DNA of 64,000 nucleotides from an uncultured archaeon (lineage in GTDB: Archaea > Thermoplasmatota > Thermoplasmata > Thermoplasmatales > Thermoplasmataceae), in NCBI GenBank assembly GCA_000965745.1, contig CP009479.1:736001-800000 (forward strand). The letters run 5' to 3'. Under the pieces are notes generated by a model that made no database searches, had not been told where the DNA came from, and was given only the letters and a program-made list of their open reading frames with translations. This document shows, piece by piece, positions 27,725-38,871 of the stretch. A program made the position numbers and the translations under genes. Each line of letters opens with the position of its first letter. The first letter of the stretch is position 1.

Positions 27725-28519
27725 ATGCACCTTATCGTAGCTTCCAGAGCAGATAAAGCAAGCATGTCTATGGAAAAATACATTCTGGAAAATGTTCCGT
27801 TCAGTGAACCTGATTCAGACAATGGCATGTATGAATATGGAAATTACCGCCTGAAACTTATAAATGAAAGGCATCTCAATTATGATCAAATACCGGCAGA
27901 AGAAAAGGGTTTAACACCTGACATTTCAGACGTCACATTTCTCTCCAGCCATTCCTCATCGGCAGAAGTGAAATCTCTTACAGTGCATCCGACGGGTAAT
28001 TTTGCAGAAGCCATTCTGGGTGGAAAAGAAAAGACTCTCTCGGTTAGCTCACCGGAGAAGATGACACCCGCCCTGAGGATGCTCGCGGAAGCATACGAAG
28101 GCAATGGTTTTGAGATCACACTGGAGTCAACGCATCATGGCCCGTACCTGGAGCTGCCAAATTACTACATAGAGATAGGAACAACCGAGAATGAGTGGAA
28201 GGATGAAGCAGCATTGAGAGCAGTAAAAGAGGCAGTTTTCACGGAACCCGACACCGCATCGGAAAACTTTGTTGGAATAGGCGGAGGCCATTATGTTCCC
28301 AAGATAACGAAGTACGTAATGGAAAACTCCGTTAATATAGGCCATCTTATTTCAAAGCACGACCAGGATACTATCACAAGGCAACAGATCGAGGAAGCTG
28401 TTGACAAGACCCCTAAGTGTCGTGGATTCGTCATGGACAGGAAGGGGTGCAGAGGTCCGGTAAGAGCCATTGTGAGGGAAATTTCAGACGATCGTGGTAT
28501 TGAAATAATTAAATTATAA
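27725..28519 (+). CDS. dtdA: D-aminoacyl-tRNA deacylase (archaeal DTD2)
   Basis: FLSSHSS, LTVHPTGN, ESTHHGP, IEIGT, GIGGGHY. Confidence 0.93.
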   Translation: MHLIVASRADKASMSMEKYILENVPFSEPDSDNGMYEYGNYRLKLINERHLNYDQIPAEEKGLTPDISDVTFLSSHSSSAEVKSLTVHPTGNFAEAILGGKEKTLSVSSPEKMTPALRMLAEAYEGNGFEITLESTHHGPYLELPNYYIEIGTTENEWKDEAALRAVKEAVFTEPDTASENFVGIGGGHYVPKITKYVMENSVNIGHLISKHDQDTITRQQIEEAVDKTPKCRGFVMDRKGCRGPVRAIVREISDDRGIEIIKL

Positions 28520-28681
28520 ATTATTAAAAATATCTATATAAAAATAATTAAAATTAGATTTTTAAAAATATGCTATTACAATGGTTCTTCTGACTGTTAT
28601 GGAAGTCGATTTTGAGCATTAATGTTTAAATACTCAATGACTCTAACTTCCAATTAACCAGAACAGATCTGGTGGAAACAG

Positions 28682-29650
28682 ATGGAAGAAGTTGTAAGTG
28701 AAGAAGAACCCCCCGGCGGTACGCCTTTTTTCAAGGCTACCAGGCTAGGAAAACAGCTCAATTTGGACAATCTTTTTGTAAAATTCGAGGGAGCTAACAC
28801 AACTGGAACACAGAAAGACAGGATTTCACGGCTTCATGTAAGGAATGCCATAGAAGGGGGTTTTGATACCGTCTCGGTTGCGACGTGCGGCAATTATGGG
28901 GCATCAATATCTCACTACGCTAGCTTGAATGGTGTCAGGAGTGTAGTGGGTATACCTGAAGGATATTCTAACTCAAGGCTGGATGAGATCAGGCGGAATG
29001 GCTCAGAGATTCTGACGATACCGGGCAGATACGAAGAGGCCGTTGAATACATGTCCCGGTTGGCAGGAGCTGAAGCTTGGTACGACTCCAATCCCGGATC
29101 TCCAAACGCGTCGGCTGATATTTCCGGTTACGAGACAATCGCCTATGAGATCGTGGAGCAGCTCGGCCACCCGCCTGAATTTGTGGCTGTACCCGTGGGA
29201 AACGGCACCACATTGTCTGGAATATTCTCAGGTTTCAGGCGCATGAAGCGTGACGGTGCAATAAGCGATTTGCCCAGAATGGTGGCATCAAGCACGTCCA
29301 ACGGAAATCCTGTAGTTGATTCATGGAACCGGGGTTCCAGAAAGGTTATTGATCTCAACCCGGAAACTATTCATGAGACCGCTGTAAATGAGCCACTGAT
29401 TGCATACAGGGCAATAGACGGGCAGAATGCGCTTGATGCCATATATGAAAGCAGGGGAATGGCCTTTTATGTGAGTGATTTTGACATGGTGCGTTATTCA
29501 AGAATAGCAGAAGATCTCGAAAGCCTGTCAGTTCTTCCAGCCTCTGCATCAACAATTGCGGCAGCCCACAGCAGGCTGGGAAATTGCTGCAGAGGAAGCG
29601 AGATCGTGGTTGTACTCACCGGGAGGAATCAGATATGGACAACGCGGTAG
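28682..29650 (+). CDS. PLP-dependent fold-type II enzyme (threonine-synthase-like, divergent)
   Basis: KFEGANTTGTQKDR (PLP Lys), ATCGNYG, VPVGNGT, PASA, VLTG. Confidence 0.85.
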   Translation: MEEVVSEEEPPGGTPFFKATRLGKQLNLDNLFVKFEGANTTGTQKDRISRLHVRNAIEGGFDTVSVATCGNYGASISHYASLNGVRSVVGIPEGYSNSRLDEIRRNGSEILTIPGRYEEAVEYMSRLAGAEAWYDSNPGSPNASADISGYETIAYEIVEQLGHPPEFVAVPVGNGTTLSGIFSGFRRMKRDGAISDLPRMVASSTSNGNPVVDSWNRGSRKVIDLNPETIHETAVNEPLIAYRAIDGQNALDAIYESRGMAFYVSDFDMVRYSRIAEDLESLSVLPASASTIAAAHSRLGNCCRGSEIVVVLTGRNQIWTTR

Positions 29651-30669
29651 TTCTAGCAGAAGGAGTATTTGGAACAACTTATGGAAAGACTGCCAACGGG
29701 CTCGTCAGATACAGCACAAGATTCCGGATCAAAGCGGTCATAGATTCAAGATTTGAAGGGAAGGATGCGGGAATGATCCTGTCCGGAAAAACAAGTGGGA
29801 TTCCAGTGGTATCTGGAGTTGAACAGGGGCTGTTGCTCGGTGCGGACACGCTTGTCATAGGTGTGGCCACGGATGGGGGTTTCATCCCGGAAACTTACAG
29901 GCAGTTTATCTCCGATGCCCTCAAGAGAGGTATGAATGTTGTCAGCGGCCTTCACGAGTTCATAGGGGATGATCAGGAATTTTCAGAGCTGGCTTTAAGC
30001 TCCGGCTCAAGAATCACAGACGTAAGGAGGTTGTTCAGGGACCTGAAGATACCTTTTACAGGAAAGATCGAGGAGGTCAGGGCCAAGAAAATTGCTATTC
30101 TTGGAACAGACAGTGCCATAGGCAAGAGGACGACCTCTGTTTTTCTCACGAGGGAGATGAACATGGCAGGACACAAATCTGTTATGGTTGGGACAGGCCA
30201 GACTTCATGGATGCAGGGATTCAAGTATACCGTGGTAGTCGATTCAATGATCAATGACTTCGTTCCGGGGGCTCTGGAAGAAATCACTTACCAAGCGTGG
30301 GTTAACGAGAAGCCTGAGTACATATTCATCGAGGGGCAGGGTTCAGTTCTTCATCCTGCGTATCCGGGCAGCTTCGAGATAATCGGGGCTTGCAGGCCGG
30401 ACGGGATAATCCTTCAGCATGCCCCCGCAAGGAAATACTTCGACGGTTTTGGAAAATACAGGATACCCGATTTAGGAAAGTACGTCAGAATACTGGAAGA
30501 GCTCTCGGACAGGCGGGTCATTGCTATTGCGCTCAATACTGAGAACATGACGCGGCATGAAGTCATCAAGGAGAGAAATGCTCTTGAAAGAAGGTTCGGC
30601 ATTCCAGTGTTTGACCCTCTTGGGAAACTCCTGAACGTTACCAGGGAAATCTCAGTAATGAACCTGTGA
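29635..30669 (+). CDS. DUF1611-family protein (DgcN D-glutamate N-acetyltransferase-like)
   Basis: GKTANGLVR, VSGLH, GTDSAIGKRTT, GTGQT, DFVPGALE, IEGQGS.LHPAY; GGAGGA SD before ATG 29635. Confidence 0.88.
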   Translation: MDNAVVLAEGVFGTTYGKTANGLVRYSTRFRIKAVIDSRFEGKDAGMILSGKTSGIPVVSGVEQGLLLGADTLVIGVATDGGFIPETYRQFISDALKRGMNVVSGLHEFIGDDQEFSELALSSGSRITDVRRLFRDLKIPFTGKIEEVRAKKIAILGTDSAIGKRTTSVFLTREMNMAGHKSVMVGTGQTSWMQGFKYTVVVDSMINDFVPGALEEITYQAWVNEKPEYIFIEGQGSVLHPAYPGSFEIIGACRPDGIILQHAPARKYFDGFGKYRIPDLGKYVRILEELSDRRVIAIALNTENMTRHEVIKERNALERRFGIPVFDPLGKLLNVTREISVMNL

Positions 30670-32120
30670 TTATCTTGAAAAACACATACATGAGCAGAGT
30701 TGCCGCATTCAGATCATTCTCGGTTGGAGACATACGGATAAGGAAAAAGCAGATATCGGGCAGAGTTTCTATATCCCACAAGGACGGGATGGAAGAGAAT
30801 TTCAGGCTCATTTTCTCGTATTCCGAGGAAATAGAGGCAGACCTCAACACAGCGGGACTGATGCTTACAATGCCCCTGATCAATTTTACATATTTTTCTG
30901 AGAAACTGATCCTTGATTATCCGGTATCTGGACAGGACAGAATACTACTGGAAAAATTTCTGAAGATCAATGCCAGGGAAGTGTTTGTAAACAAGATATG
31001 CAGGAGAAGATACGAATTCTTCCTTCAGGAGGCAATTCCTTCCAAAAAGGAAATAACCGAAGAAAATGCTGACGGCAGGACTGAGCTGGTCACCACTTCA
31101 ACGTTCGAAGACACTTGTGCTGTAATATCGCATTCGAGCTCTGCGCTCATACTATCTTCAGGCGGAAAAGAGAGCCTCCTGACATTTGGAATGATGAAGG
31201 ATCTGAATCCCAGGACGCATGCATATTTCTTCAACGAATCCGGAGGGCACTGGAGAGCGGCAAAGACTTCGTATGACTATTTCAGGGCAAATTATAAGGG
31301 CGTTTCGAAGGTCTGGTCAAATGTAGACAGGTTCTACAGATTCATGCTGGAGAGGCTGCCTGTTCTGAACATGGAGACTGTGAAAAAAAGGGCCGACACC
31401 TACCCGGTGCAGCTTTTCATCTTTCCGGTATACATATTTGCTGCAATTCCTCTTGTCAGAAAGCACAATATTGGAAATATCCTGATGGGGAACGAGTTTG
31501 ACGATCCCAAGGACATGCCTTTGTACAGGGGAATCAGGCATTATTTCGGTGTGTTTGACCAGAGCAGCGACTTCATGGAGATGATGACCGGGTATTTCCA
31601 GGGAAAAGGAATATCCACAAGGTTATGGTCCGCTGTGTATCCCATATCGGGAACAGTGGTCGAGGACATACTTGTGAAAAGGTACCGGAACCTCTTCCTA
31701 CAGCAAAGATCCTGCCACTCGTGCAGGTACGAGGAAGGGGCAATAAGGCCATGCGGCTCCTGCACAAAATGCCTCGGAGTGGCAATGTTCGTACTTGCAG
31801 CTGGCGGCAGTCCGGAGGAAATTCTGTATGACAGAACCTCAATCTCTGACCTTGAAAGGAACGTGAACGAGTCGAGGATGAGGCTGGATCCGGATGAACT
31901 CAGTTACCTGAAGAACGTTCTCTGGGGACACCCTGATAAGGGAAATGCAGATCACGTCCGGGGCATTCATATTCTTCCCGGTGAGTCGGAACCTTTGCTC
32001 CAGATTCCAGAGGACTTCAGGAGAGGTATCGGATTGATTTATGAACAATACTGCAAAGGCTATTACAGATTGGACGGTGAACACTGGGAAAAGGCGATAA
32101 TTCAGAAATATGAATCCTGA
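30666..32120 (+). CDS. PP-loop adenine-nucleotide alpha-hydrolase, MurL-like
   Basis: LSSGGKESLL PP-loop, MGNEFD, DQS, WSAVYP, SCHSC and CGSCTKC; GTGA overlap with DUF1611 gene. Confidence 0.65.
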   Translation: MIILKNTYMSRVAAFRSFSVGDIRIRKKQISGRVSISHKDGMEENFRLIFSYSEEIEADLNTAGLMLTMPLINFTYFSEKLILDYPVSGQDRILLEKFLKINAREVFVNKICRRRYEFFLQEAIPSKKEITEENADGRTELVTTSTFEDTCAVISHSSSALILSSGGKESLLTFGMMKDLNPRTHAYFFNESGGHWRAAKTSYDYFRANYKGVSKVWSNVDRFYRFMLERLPVLNMETVKKRADTYPVQLFIFPVYIFAAIPLVRKHNIGNILMGNEFDDPKDMPLYRGIRHYFGVFDQSSDFMEMMTGYFQGKGISTRLWSAVYPISGTVVEDILVKRYRNLFLQQRSCHSCRYEEGAIRPCGSCTKCLGVAMFVLAAGGSPEEILYDRTSISDLERNVNESRMRLDPDELSYLKNVLWGHPDKGNADHVRGIHILPGESEPLLQIPEDFRRGIGLIYEQYCKGYYRLDGEHWEKAIIQKYES

Positions 32121-32608
32121 ACTTCTTCAACATCCTTCTGTGTCCTGCATTCTGAATAATCGTTCAGAAGATTCAGGTTCATTTCAAGAAACGTTGGCCC
32201 CCATTTGAACTTGGACATTATTTCGCTTGCCTCGTCCACAAGCCCCATTATGAACAATGCAGACGATACTGCCTCCGAAGAGCTGAGTTTGCCGGGCTTT
32301 CCATAGTTGACGGGATTTGCAGGTACTAACACAGGAAGGAGCCTTTCCTCCTGCCCCCTTATGTCCTTAACCGAGTCAATCCTGTTCCAGGAACCTTCTA
32401 TGATGCAGATCCCCTTTCTCCTGTACAGCTTCACGTCATCTCTGAGAAGGTACCTGTCGGCAAATGGAGTAAGCATAAGTGAACTCTTGCACCTCCTCAA
32501 GTTTACACGTTCCGCCAGGTTGAACCTCTCCAGCTTTTTCATGGTGGATTTCTTGGGATCGTCCTGTCCCATGTAGACGAAGTAAACCTTTCGGGGTCTT
32601 GGAATCAA
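32102..32608 (-). CDS. tsr3: 16S rRNA aminocarboxypropyltransferase Tsr3 (DUF367)
   Basis: QDDPKKST, EGSW, RLLPVLVPANPVNYGKPGKLSSSEA, FKWGPTFL.MN. Confidence 0.93.
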   Translation of the reverse strand: MIPRPRKVYFVYMGQDDPKKSTMKKLERFNLAERVNLRRCKSSLMLTPFADRYLLRDDVKLYRRKGICIIEGSWNRIDSVKDIRGQEERLLPVLVPANPVNYGKPGKLSSSEAVSSALFIMGLVDEASEIMSKFKWGPTFLEMNLNLLNDYSECRTQKDVEEVQDSYF

Positions 32609-32714
32609 ATTATATCATCACAACATGTTCTTGGGATTAATATCAGTACGTTGCTGAACAGGCTGTCAGACAACCTGACCGAAAGTAAAATAAAATGACT
32701 TTTGTTATAGAATA

Positions 32715-34337
32715 ATGCATTATGTTGTGATAACAGGCGGAGTATTGTCAGGCCTGGGGAAGGGAACTATAACATCAAGCTTATCACACCTTTTGAAAAA
32801 CAGCGGCCTTAAAGTCACTGCAATGAAAATTGATCCCTACATAAACTACGATGCCGGGACGATGAATCCATACCAGCACGGAGAGGTATTCGTGCTGGAC
32901 GATGGAAGTGAAGTTGATCTGGACCTTGGAAACTATGAGAGGTTTCTGGATGTTGATTTGACCGGAAACAGCAACATAACTACCGGCAAAGTGTACAGGG
33001 AAGTCATTGAAAAGGAAAGAAGGGGCGAGTATCTTGGAAGCACTGTTCAGATTATACCGCATATTACCAACGAGATAAAGAGAAGAATCAGGGATGTTGC
33101 CAACAAGAGCGGGGCAGATATAGTTCTTATTGAAGTTGGAGGAACAGTGGGAGACATAGAGTCTATGCCTTTCCTGGAAGCCCTAAGGCAGCTGAAAAGG
33201 GAGGAAGGGGACAGATCAGTTCTGTTCGGCCACGTTACCCTTGTGCCTGAGATGGGCGCAGCAGGGGAACAGAAAACAAAGCCCACTCAGCACAGTGTAA
33301 AGGAACTGAGAGAGATCGGTATTCAACCGGACATACTTTTCTGCAGATCAAAATCGCCCCTCACACCAGATACCAAGAGAAGGCTATCACTTTTCACAGA
33401 CGTTCCAGAGGAAGGCATCGTAAGTGTAGTTGATGTAGCAAACGTTTATCTTCTTCCAGAACTGATGCAGTCCCAGGGAATCCTGAGATATGTTATTGAC
33501 CATTTTTCATTGAAGGGCCACAGTTTCAGGGAAGTGTGGAAAGATTACAAGTATAATATCAGGAACCCTTCGGAAAGGGTAACAATTGCAACAGTGGGAA
33601 AATACACCGAGCTTCAGGACGCATATATAAGCCATAAAGAAGCATTTTCACACGTTACAGGGAACAATGGAATCGCTGTTGACATTAAATGGGTCGATTC
33701 GGACACCCTTATTGAGAGTGATGAACTGCTCAAGGATGTGGATGGAATCCTGATCCCGGGAGGCTTCGGCTACAGGGGAGTTGAGGGCAAGATAAAGGCA
33801 GCAAAGTACTCAAGAGAAAATGATATTCCATTCCTTGGAATATGCCTCGGTTTTCAGGTTGCAGTGATTGAGGTTGCCAGAAACCTGCTCAATTACAAGG
33901 ATGCAAACAGCACGGAATTTGACCCTGCGACGGGCAACCCGGTAATAGATATTCTCCCTGAGCAGAAGGGCATAAAAGACATGGGAGGAACAATGAGGCT
34001 CGGCTCAAAAAAAGTACTAATCAAGGAAAACACTCTTGCAAGCAAGATTTATGGGTCCCGGGAGATATGGGAAAGACACAGGCACAGATTTGAAGTAAAC
34101 CCTGATTATATTGATGCGTTGACCAGCAAAGGGGCAGTATTCTCCGGTGTAGATGATGAAGGGATAAGGATGGAGGTGCTTGAATTCAACGACAGGGAAA
34201 ACGCGATAGCAACCCAGTATCATAGCGAATTCAAGTCCAGGCCCCTCTCACCATCAAGGGTGCATACGCACCTTGTAGAGCACGCCCTGCAGTACAAGCT
34301 GAAGAGGATAGGTGGTATTAGTGAAAGAAGTGCTTGA
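32715..34337 (+). CDS. pyrG: CTP synthase
   Basis: [48 protein letters not shown]. Confidence 0.98.
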   Translation: MHYVVITGGVLSGLGKGTITSSLSHLLKNSGLKVTAMKIDPYINYDAGTMNPYQHGEVFVLDDGSEVDLDLGNYERFLDVDLTGNSNITTGKVYREVIEKERRGEYLGSTVQIIPHITNEIKRRIRDVANKSGADIVLIEVGGTVGDIESMPFLEALRQLKREEGDRSVLFGHVTLVPEMGAAGEQKTKPTQHSVKELREIGIQPDILFCRSKSPLTPDTKRRLSLFTDVPEEGIVSVVDVANVYLLPELMQSQGILRYVIDHFSLKGHSFREVWKDYKYNIRNPSERVTIATVGKYTELQDAYISHKEAFSHVTGNNGIAVDIKWVDSDTLIESDELLKDVDGILIPGGFGYRGVEGKIKAAKYSRENDIPFLGICLGFQVAVIEVARNLLNYKDANSTEFDPATGNPVIDILPEQKGIKDMGGTMRLGSKKVLIKENTLASKIYGSREIWERHRHRFEVNPDYIDALTSKGAVFSGVDDEGIRMEVLEFNDRENAIATQYHSEFKSRPLSPSRVHTHLVEHALQYKLKRIGGISERSA

Positions 34338-34650
34338 TAATCTTGTTGAAAAAGTAAATAAAAGAATAGCTGATGATGAGAAATACAAGAAAAAGCTGAA
34401 TGATGTCGTAAAGACTGTTCTAGTTCAGTTTGATCAGGACAAGTTCTACAACTTCAAACTCGACAAAGGCCAGATTTCTCCGGTGTCCAAGGGAGAAGTA
34501 GAGGCGGACATAAGGATTCAGGTGCCTTTCGAAACGTTCAACAAGATAATGAACAAAGAGACTGACGCCCTCACCGCATATTTTGAGAAAAAGTTACAGA
34601 TAAAAGCCTCTCTTATGGACAAGCTGCTTCTGCAAGATCTGCTGAAATGA
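34321..34650 (+). CDS. SCP2 sterol/lipid-carrier domain protein
   Basis: [35 protein letters not shown] pattern; GGTGG SD before GTG 34321. Confidence 0.75.
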   Translation: MKEVLDNLVEKVNKRIADDEKYKKKLNDVVKTVLVQFDQDKFYNFKLDKGQISPVSKGEVEADIRIQVPFETFNKIMNKETDALTAYFEKKLQIKASLMDKLLLQDLLK

Positions 34651-37600
34651 TAACCCTTAAAGACAGGACGGACAAGTATTCGGGTGAACTGGAACGGGAT
34701 GTCAGGGCATGCTATGATCTCGCAAGCAGGGTCCGTTCCCAGGGGAAGGATGTTGTAGACAGGGTGGAGATCCCTCTTGCTACGGATATGGCTGACAGAA
34801 TTGAGGAACTTATCGGGATAAGCGGTGTTGCCGGAAAGATAAGGGAATTGAGCCAGACACTATCCAGGGAAGAAATTTCAATTGATATATCCCGCAAAGT
34901 GGCAGAAATGTACCAGGACAAGGGGAAGATCTTTGCCCTGGACAAAGCTGTGAGGGTTGGCCTGGCCATACTTACAGAAGGAATCCTTGTCGCGCCTCTT
35001 GAGGGAATCTCAAAGGTCGCTATTGAGTACAACAACGACGGGTCTGATTACGTTTCTGTACTGTACGCTGGCCCCATAAGAGGAGCAGGCGGCACAGCCC
35101 AGGCAATGAGCGTACTCATAGCGGACATAGTCAGAAGGGACCTTGGAATTCAGAAATACATTCCAACTGAGGACGAGATTGAAAGGTACATTGAAGAGAT
35201 TCAGGCTTACAACAGGGTAAAGCACCTGCAATATCTCCCGTCACCCGAAGAGATACGCCTGATTATCAGGAATTCCCCTATATGCATTGATGGAGAGGGG
35301 AGCGAAGAGGAAGAAGTTTCAGGACACCGGGACATGGAAAGAGTAAAGACAAACCGAATAAGGGGTGGGATGTGCCTTGTTCTCGGCGAGGGGCTCATCC
35401 AGAAATACAGGAAAATCCTGAAACACACTAAACAGCTCAATCTTACGGACTGGAATTTCCTTGAGGACCTCGACTCAAAAAAAGCATCGGAAGGCAGCGA
35501 AAATAAGGCATCCAACAAGAAATCGGAGAAATTCTTGAATGATCTAGTAGCCGGAAGGCCCGTGTTCAGCCATCCAGGGAGACCAGGGGGGTTCAGGCTG
35601 AGATACGGGCGGTCAAGGGTATCCGGCCTTGCAGCATCTTCTATGAATCCTGCCACAATGTATGTTCTCGGGGGGTTCATCGCCATAGGCTCACAGCTGA
35701 AAATCGAGCTCCCGGGAAAGGCGGCAGCCATCACACCATGCGATCAGATCGAGGGTCCGACCGTACTCCTGAAGGACGGCTCACTTGAGCGGATCGACAC
35801 TGTCGAAAGAGCCAAGGAGGTCGCTGGCCAGATTGACACGATAACGGACGTCGGTGAGATACTCATCTCCTACGGGGATTTTATTGAAAACAACTACAAC
35901 CTGGTCCCATCATCATTCACGGCTGAATGGTGGGTGGAATACCTGAAAGGAAAGCCAGAACTTGAAAAATACTATAATGTGACGCCTGACCAGTTTGAGG
36001 CGGTTGAAATCTCAAGGAAATACGGCTTGCCCCTGCATCCTGATTATGATTACCTTTGGCACGATATTTCTGCCGAGGAGTTCAAGCATCTGCGAGAGGA
36101 AGTTAAAAAAGGATCTGTGTCTGATTCTGGCCTTGAGATAAGGCACACAGAAGAGCTCTCTTCTATACTGGTGAAGCTCGCCAGGCAGTACAGAAAGGAA
36201 AATGATACAGTCGTTATTCGGGATTACTATCCGCTGGTGGCAACCCTTGGTCTTAGGGTGGAAGGTTCATCAGTAATGGGAGAGGACATGGAAATTTCTG
36301 GAGAAGTCATGGATATAATAAACAGAGTTTCCGGAATGATCATAAAACCAAGGGCACCAACGAGGGTTGGTGCAAGGCTCGGGCGGCCGGAAAAAGCTGG
36401 CGACCGGAAAATGAAGCCCAAAGTGCACTCCCTGTTTCCAATTGAAAGCTGGGGCGACGTAAGGAGATCAATTCTTAACGCAGTGAAAAACAAGCCGGAA
36501 TATCAGGTGGAAGTGGCATCAAGGGAATGCCAGACGTGCGGAAGTGAACTCCCTGTTCCGGTATGCCCAAAATGTGGTGGCCATACATTGATGAAAGGGA
36601 CCACCAAAAAGCTGACAGTCAACCTGAAGGCAATACTGAAGAGGGCTGAGGACACAACAGGGCTTCACGCAGACGAATTGAAGGAATTCAAGGGCGTCAA
36701 GAAACTGATGTCACGGAACAAAGTGGCCGAACCTCTCGAAAAGGGAATGTTCAGGTCGCTGCATGATGTATCCACGAACAAGGATGGAACTTGCAGATAC
36801 GATATGACGGATATCCCCGTGACGCATTTCAGGGCAGAGGAGATTGGAGCATCCAGGGAGAAGCTGATCTCACTTGGTTATGACGATAAAGAAATCAACG
36901 AGATCTTTACACAGGACATCATAATCCCAAAAGACTCCGCGGAGTACCTTCTCAACGTTTCAAAATACATAGACGACCTTCTGATGAAGTACTACAATGT
37001 TGAACCATTCTATAAGTGCGAAACTAAGGAAGATCTGATTGGGCACCTCGTAATAGGGCTCGCACCGCACACTTCAGGTGGAATTGTAGGCAGGATCATC
37101 GGATTCTCAGGCGCAAGCGGGTGCTATGCACACCCGTTCTTTCATGCTGCAAAAAGGAGAAACTGTGATGGCGATGAGGACAGCATTATGCTGCTCATGG
37201 ACGGGTTGCTTAACTTCTCAATGGAATACCTTCCCTCCACAACCGGGGGGCTCATGGACGCACCACTCGTCCTCTCCCTGAAGATAAACCCAGAGGAAGT
37301 TGACAAGGAAGCCATGAACCTTGATACTTTGTGGAAATACCCTCTGGAATTCTATGAAGCCACGGAGAAATCCACTCCCGCGTCTGAGCTCGAGGATATG
37401 ATGAAGACGATCAAGGTGAAGATCAAGACCGAGAACACCTACTTGGGTACAGGATTCACCTTTGACACAAAGGACATCAGTGAAGGGGTCCCGGTATCAT
37501 CGTACAAGACAATTGGCTCGATGGAGGAAAAGATTGACACGCAGCTTTCCCTTGCACGGATAATACGGGCGGTTGATCACGACGATGTTGCGGCAAGAGT

Positions 37601-37934
37601 GCTTTCATCGCACTTCCTGCCTGACATGTACGGAAATTTCCGGAAGTTCTTCTCCCAGGAGTTCAGGTGTACGAAGTGCAACACAAAGTACAGGAGAATA
37701 CCACTCTCAGGAAAATGCCAGAAGTGCGGGAAGGAAGGGCTGATATTGACCATCCACAGGGGAAGCATCGTCAAGTACCTCAATTCGACCGTAAAAGTTT
37801 CCAGGGAGTTCGCCCTGCCATGGTACCTTCAGGTCAGGATTGAAAACCTCGTAAACACAATAGAGGGTACATTTGCTGTTAAGGAAGAGGAAAAGAAAGT
37901 TGTGCTTGAATCATATTGGGGTGAGGAAGAATGA
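34647..37934 (+). CDS. polC: DNA polymerase D large subunit DP2, no intein
   Basis: TEGILVAPLEG, GPIRGAGGT, GFRLRYGRSR, RLGRPEK, HAAKRRNCDGDED, C-terminal Zn finger. Confidence 0.97.
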   Translation: MITLKDRTDKYSGELERDVRACYDLASRVRSQGKDVVDRVEIPLATDMADRIEELIGISGVAGKIRELSQTLSREEISIDISRKVAEMYQDKGKIFALDKAVRVGLAILTEGILVAPLEGISKVAIEYNNDGSDYVSVLYAGPIRGAGGTAQAMSVLIADIVRRDLGIQKYIPTEDEIERYIEEIQAYNRVKHLQYLPSPEEIRLIIRNSPICIDGEGSEEEEVSGHRDMERVKTNRIRGGMCLVLGEGLIQKYRKILKHTKQLNLTDWNFLEDLDSKKASEGSENKASNKKSEKFLNDLVAGRPVFSHPGRPGGFRLRYGRSRVSGLAASSMNPATMYVLGGFIAIGSQLKIELPGKAAAITPCDQIEGPTVLLKDGSLERIDTVERAKEVAGQIDTITDVGEILISYGDFIENNYNLVPSSFTAEWWVEYLKGKPELEKYYNVTPDQFEAVEISRKYGLPLHPDYDYLWHDISAEEFKHLREEVKKGSVSDSGLEIRHTEELSSILVKLARQYRKENDTVVIRDYYPLVATLGLRVEGSSVMGEDMEISGEVMDIINRVSGMIIKPRAPTRVGARLGRPEKAGDRKMKPKVHSLFPIESWGDVRRSILNAVKNKPEYQVEVASRECQTCGSELPVPVCPKCGGHTLMKGTTKKLTVNLKAILKRAEDTTGLHADELKEFKGVKKLMSRNKVAEPLEKGMFRSLHDVSTNKDGTCRYDMTDIPVTHFRAEEIGASREKLISLGYDDKEINEIFTQDIIIPKDSAEYLLNVSKYIDDLLMKYYNVEPFYKCETKEDLIGHLVIGLAPHTSGGIVGRIIGFSGASGCYAHPFFHAAKRRNCDGDEDSIMLLMDGLLNFSMEYLPSTTGGLMDAPLVLSLKINPEEVDKEAMNLDTLWKYPLEFYEATEKSTPASELEDMMKTIKVKIKTENTYLGTGFTFDTKDISEGVPVSSYKTIGSMEEKIDTQLSLARIIRAVDHDDVAARVLSSHFLPDMYGNFRKFFSQEFRCTKCNTKYRRIPLSGKCQKCGKEGLILTIHRGSIVKYLNSTVKVSREFALPWYLQVRIENLVNTIEGTFAVKEEEKKVVLESYWGEEE

Positions 37935-38710
37935 TAGGATCACTTTTTGTTACGGGACCCGCAGGAACAGGAAAATCGACCTTTTGCGCATCTATGAAGG
38001 AATGGCTCATAAAGAACGGCTATGACGCCGCAGTATTCAATCTGGACCCTGGTGCCGAATTCATACCATACGAGTCTGAATTTGACATAAGGGAAATGAT
38101 CTCCCTAGAACAGATAATGTCTGAATACAACCTTGGGCCAAATGGGGCGCAGATAGTCGCGGCCGATCTGCTTCTCGAGAACCTTTCAAGGATTGAGTCG
38201 ATAGTAGAGCAGTTTCAGGATTATTACGTAATATTCGACACTCCAGGCCAGATAGAGCTTTTCACCTTCAGGCATGGGGGGCCAATTCTCGTGGACAAGC
38301 TATCATCAGGAAAAGCGATGCTTGCTTTCGTGGCAGATTCTGTCCTGGCATCCTCACCATCAGGATACATATCACAGAAAATGCTCTTTGCATCTGTTAT
38401 GAGCAGGTTCTACAAACCAATGCTTTTTGTCCTGAACAAAACCGATCTGGTACTGGAATCTGACGTAGAGAACATGATCCGGTGGGAAGCTGACACCGAA
38501 CTGCTTAAGGACGCATTCCTTGAGGAGAAGCAGGACATGGTGAAGGACTACTTCTCGTCAATACTGGATGCTTTCAGGGATAGCGACATGCTGACGAGAC
38601 TTTTTCCGGTCTCATCCAGGGACCTCACAGGATTTGAGGACATTTACTCGGAAATGTCCATGTTCTTCAAGGGCGGGGAAGACGTCGATACAGCCTACAG
38701 AGACGACTGA
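37931..38710 (+). CDS. GPN-loop GTPase
   Basis: GPAGTGKST, NLDPG, LGPNGA, DTPGQIE, NKTD. Confidence 0.93.
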   Translation: MIGSLFVTGPAGTGKSTFCASMKEWLIKNGYDAAVFNLDPGAEFIPYESEFDIREMISLEQIMSEYNLGPNGAQIVAADLLLENLSRIESIVEQFQDYYVIFDTPGQIELFTFRHGGPILVDKLSSGKAMLAFVADSVLASSPSGYISQKMLFASVMSRFYKPMLFVLNKTDLVLESDVENMIRWEADTELLKDAFLEEKQDMVKDYFSSILDAFRDSDMLTRLFPVSSRDLTGFEDIYSEMSMFFKGGEDVDTAYRDD

Positions 38711-38871
38711 ATCATCTATGAAATCCGTATTCATAATATTCTATGCACATTAAAAAAAAGAGGCTAACCCCATTCATATTCTTCCTTTTAAAGCTGTCAC
38801 AGGTTATATTTAAAACAGTGTCAGCCAGCTTGTCTGCTCCAAAAAACGTTTTAATAGAGCCCCGATGAGAG

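Noticed and set aside
34647-37934. Possible intein in PolD DP2
   Set aside because: HAAKRRNCDGDED is uninterrupted and the length is normal.
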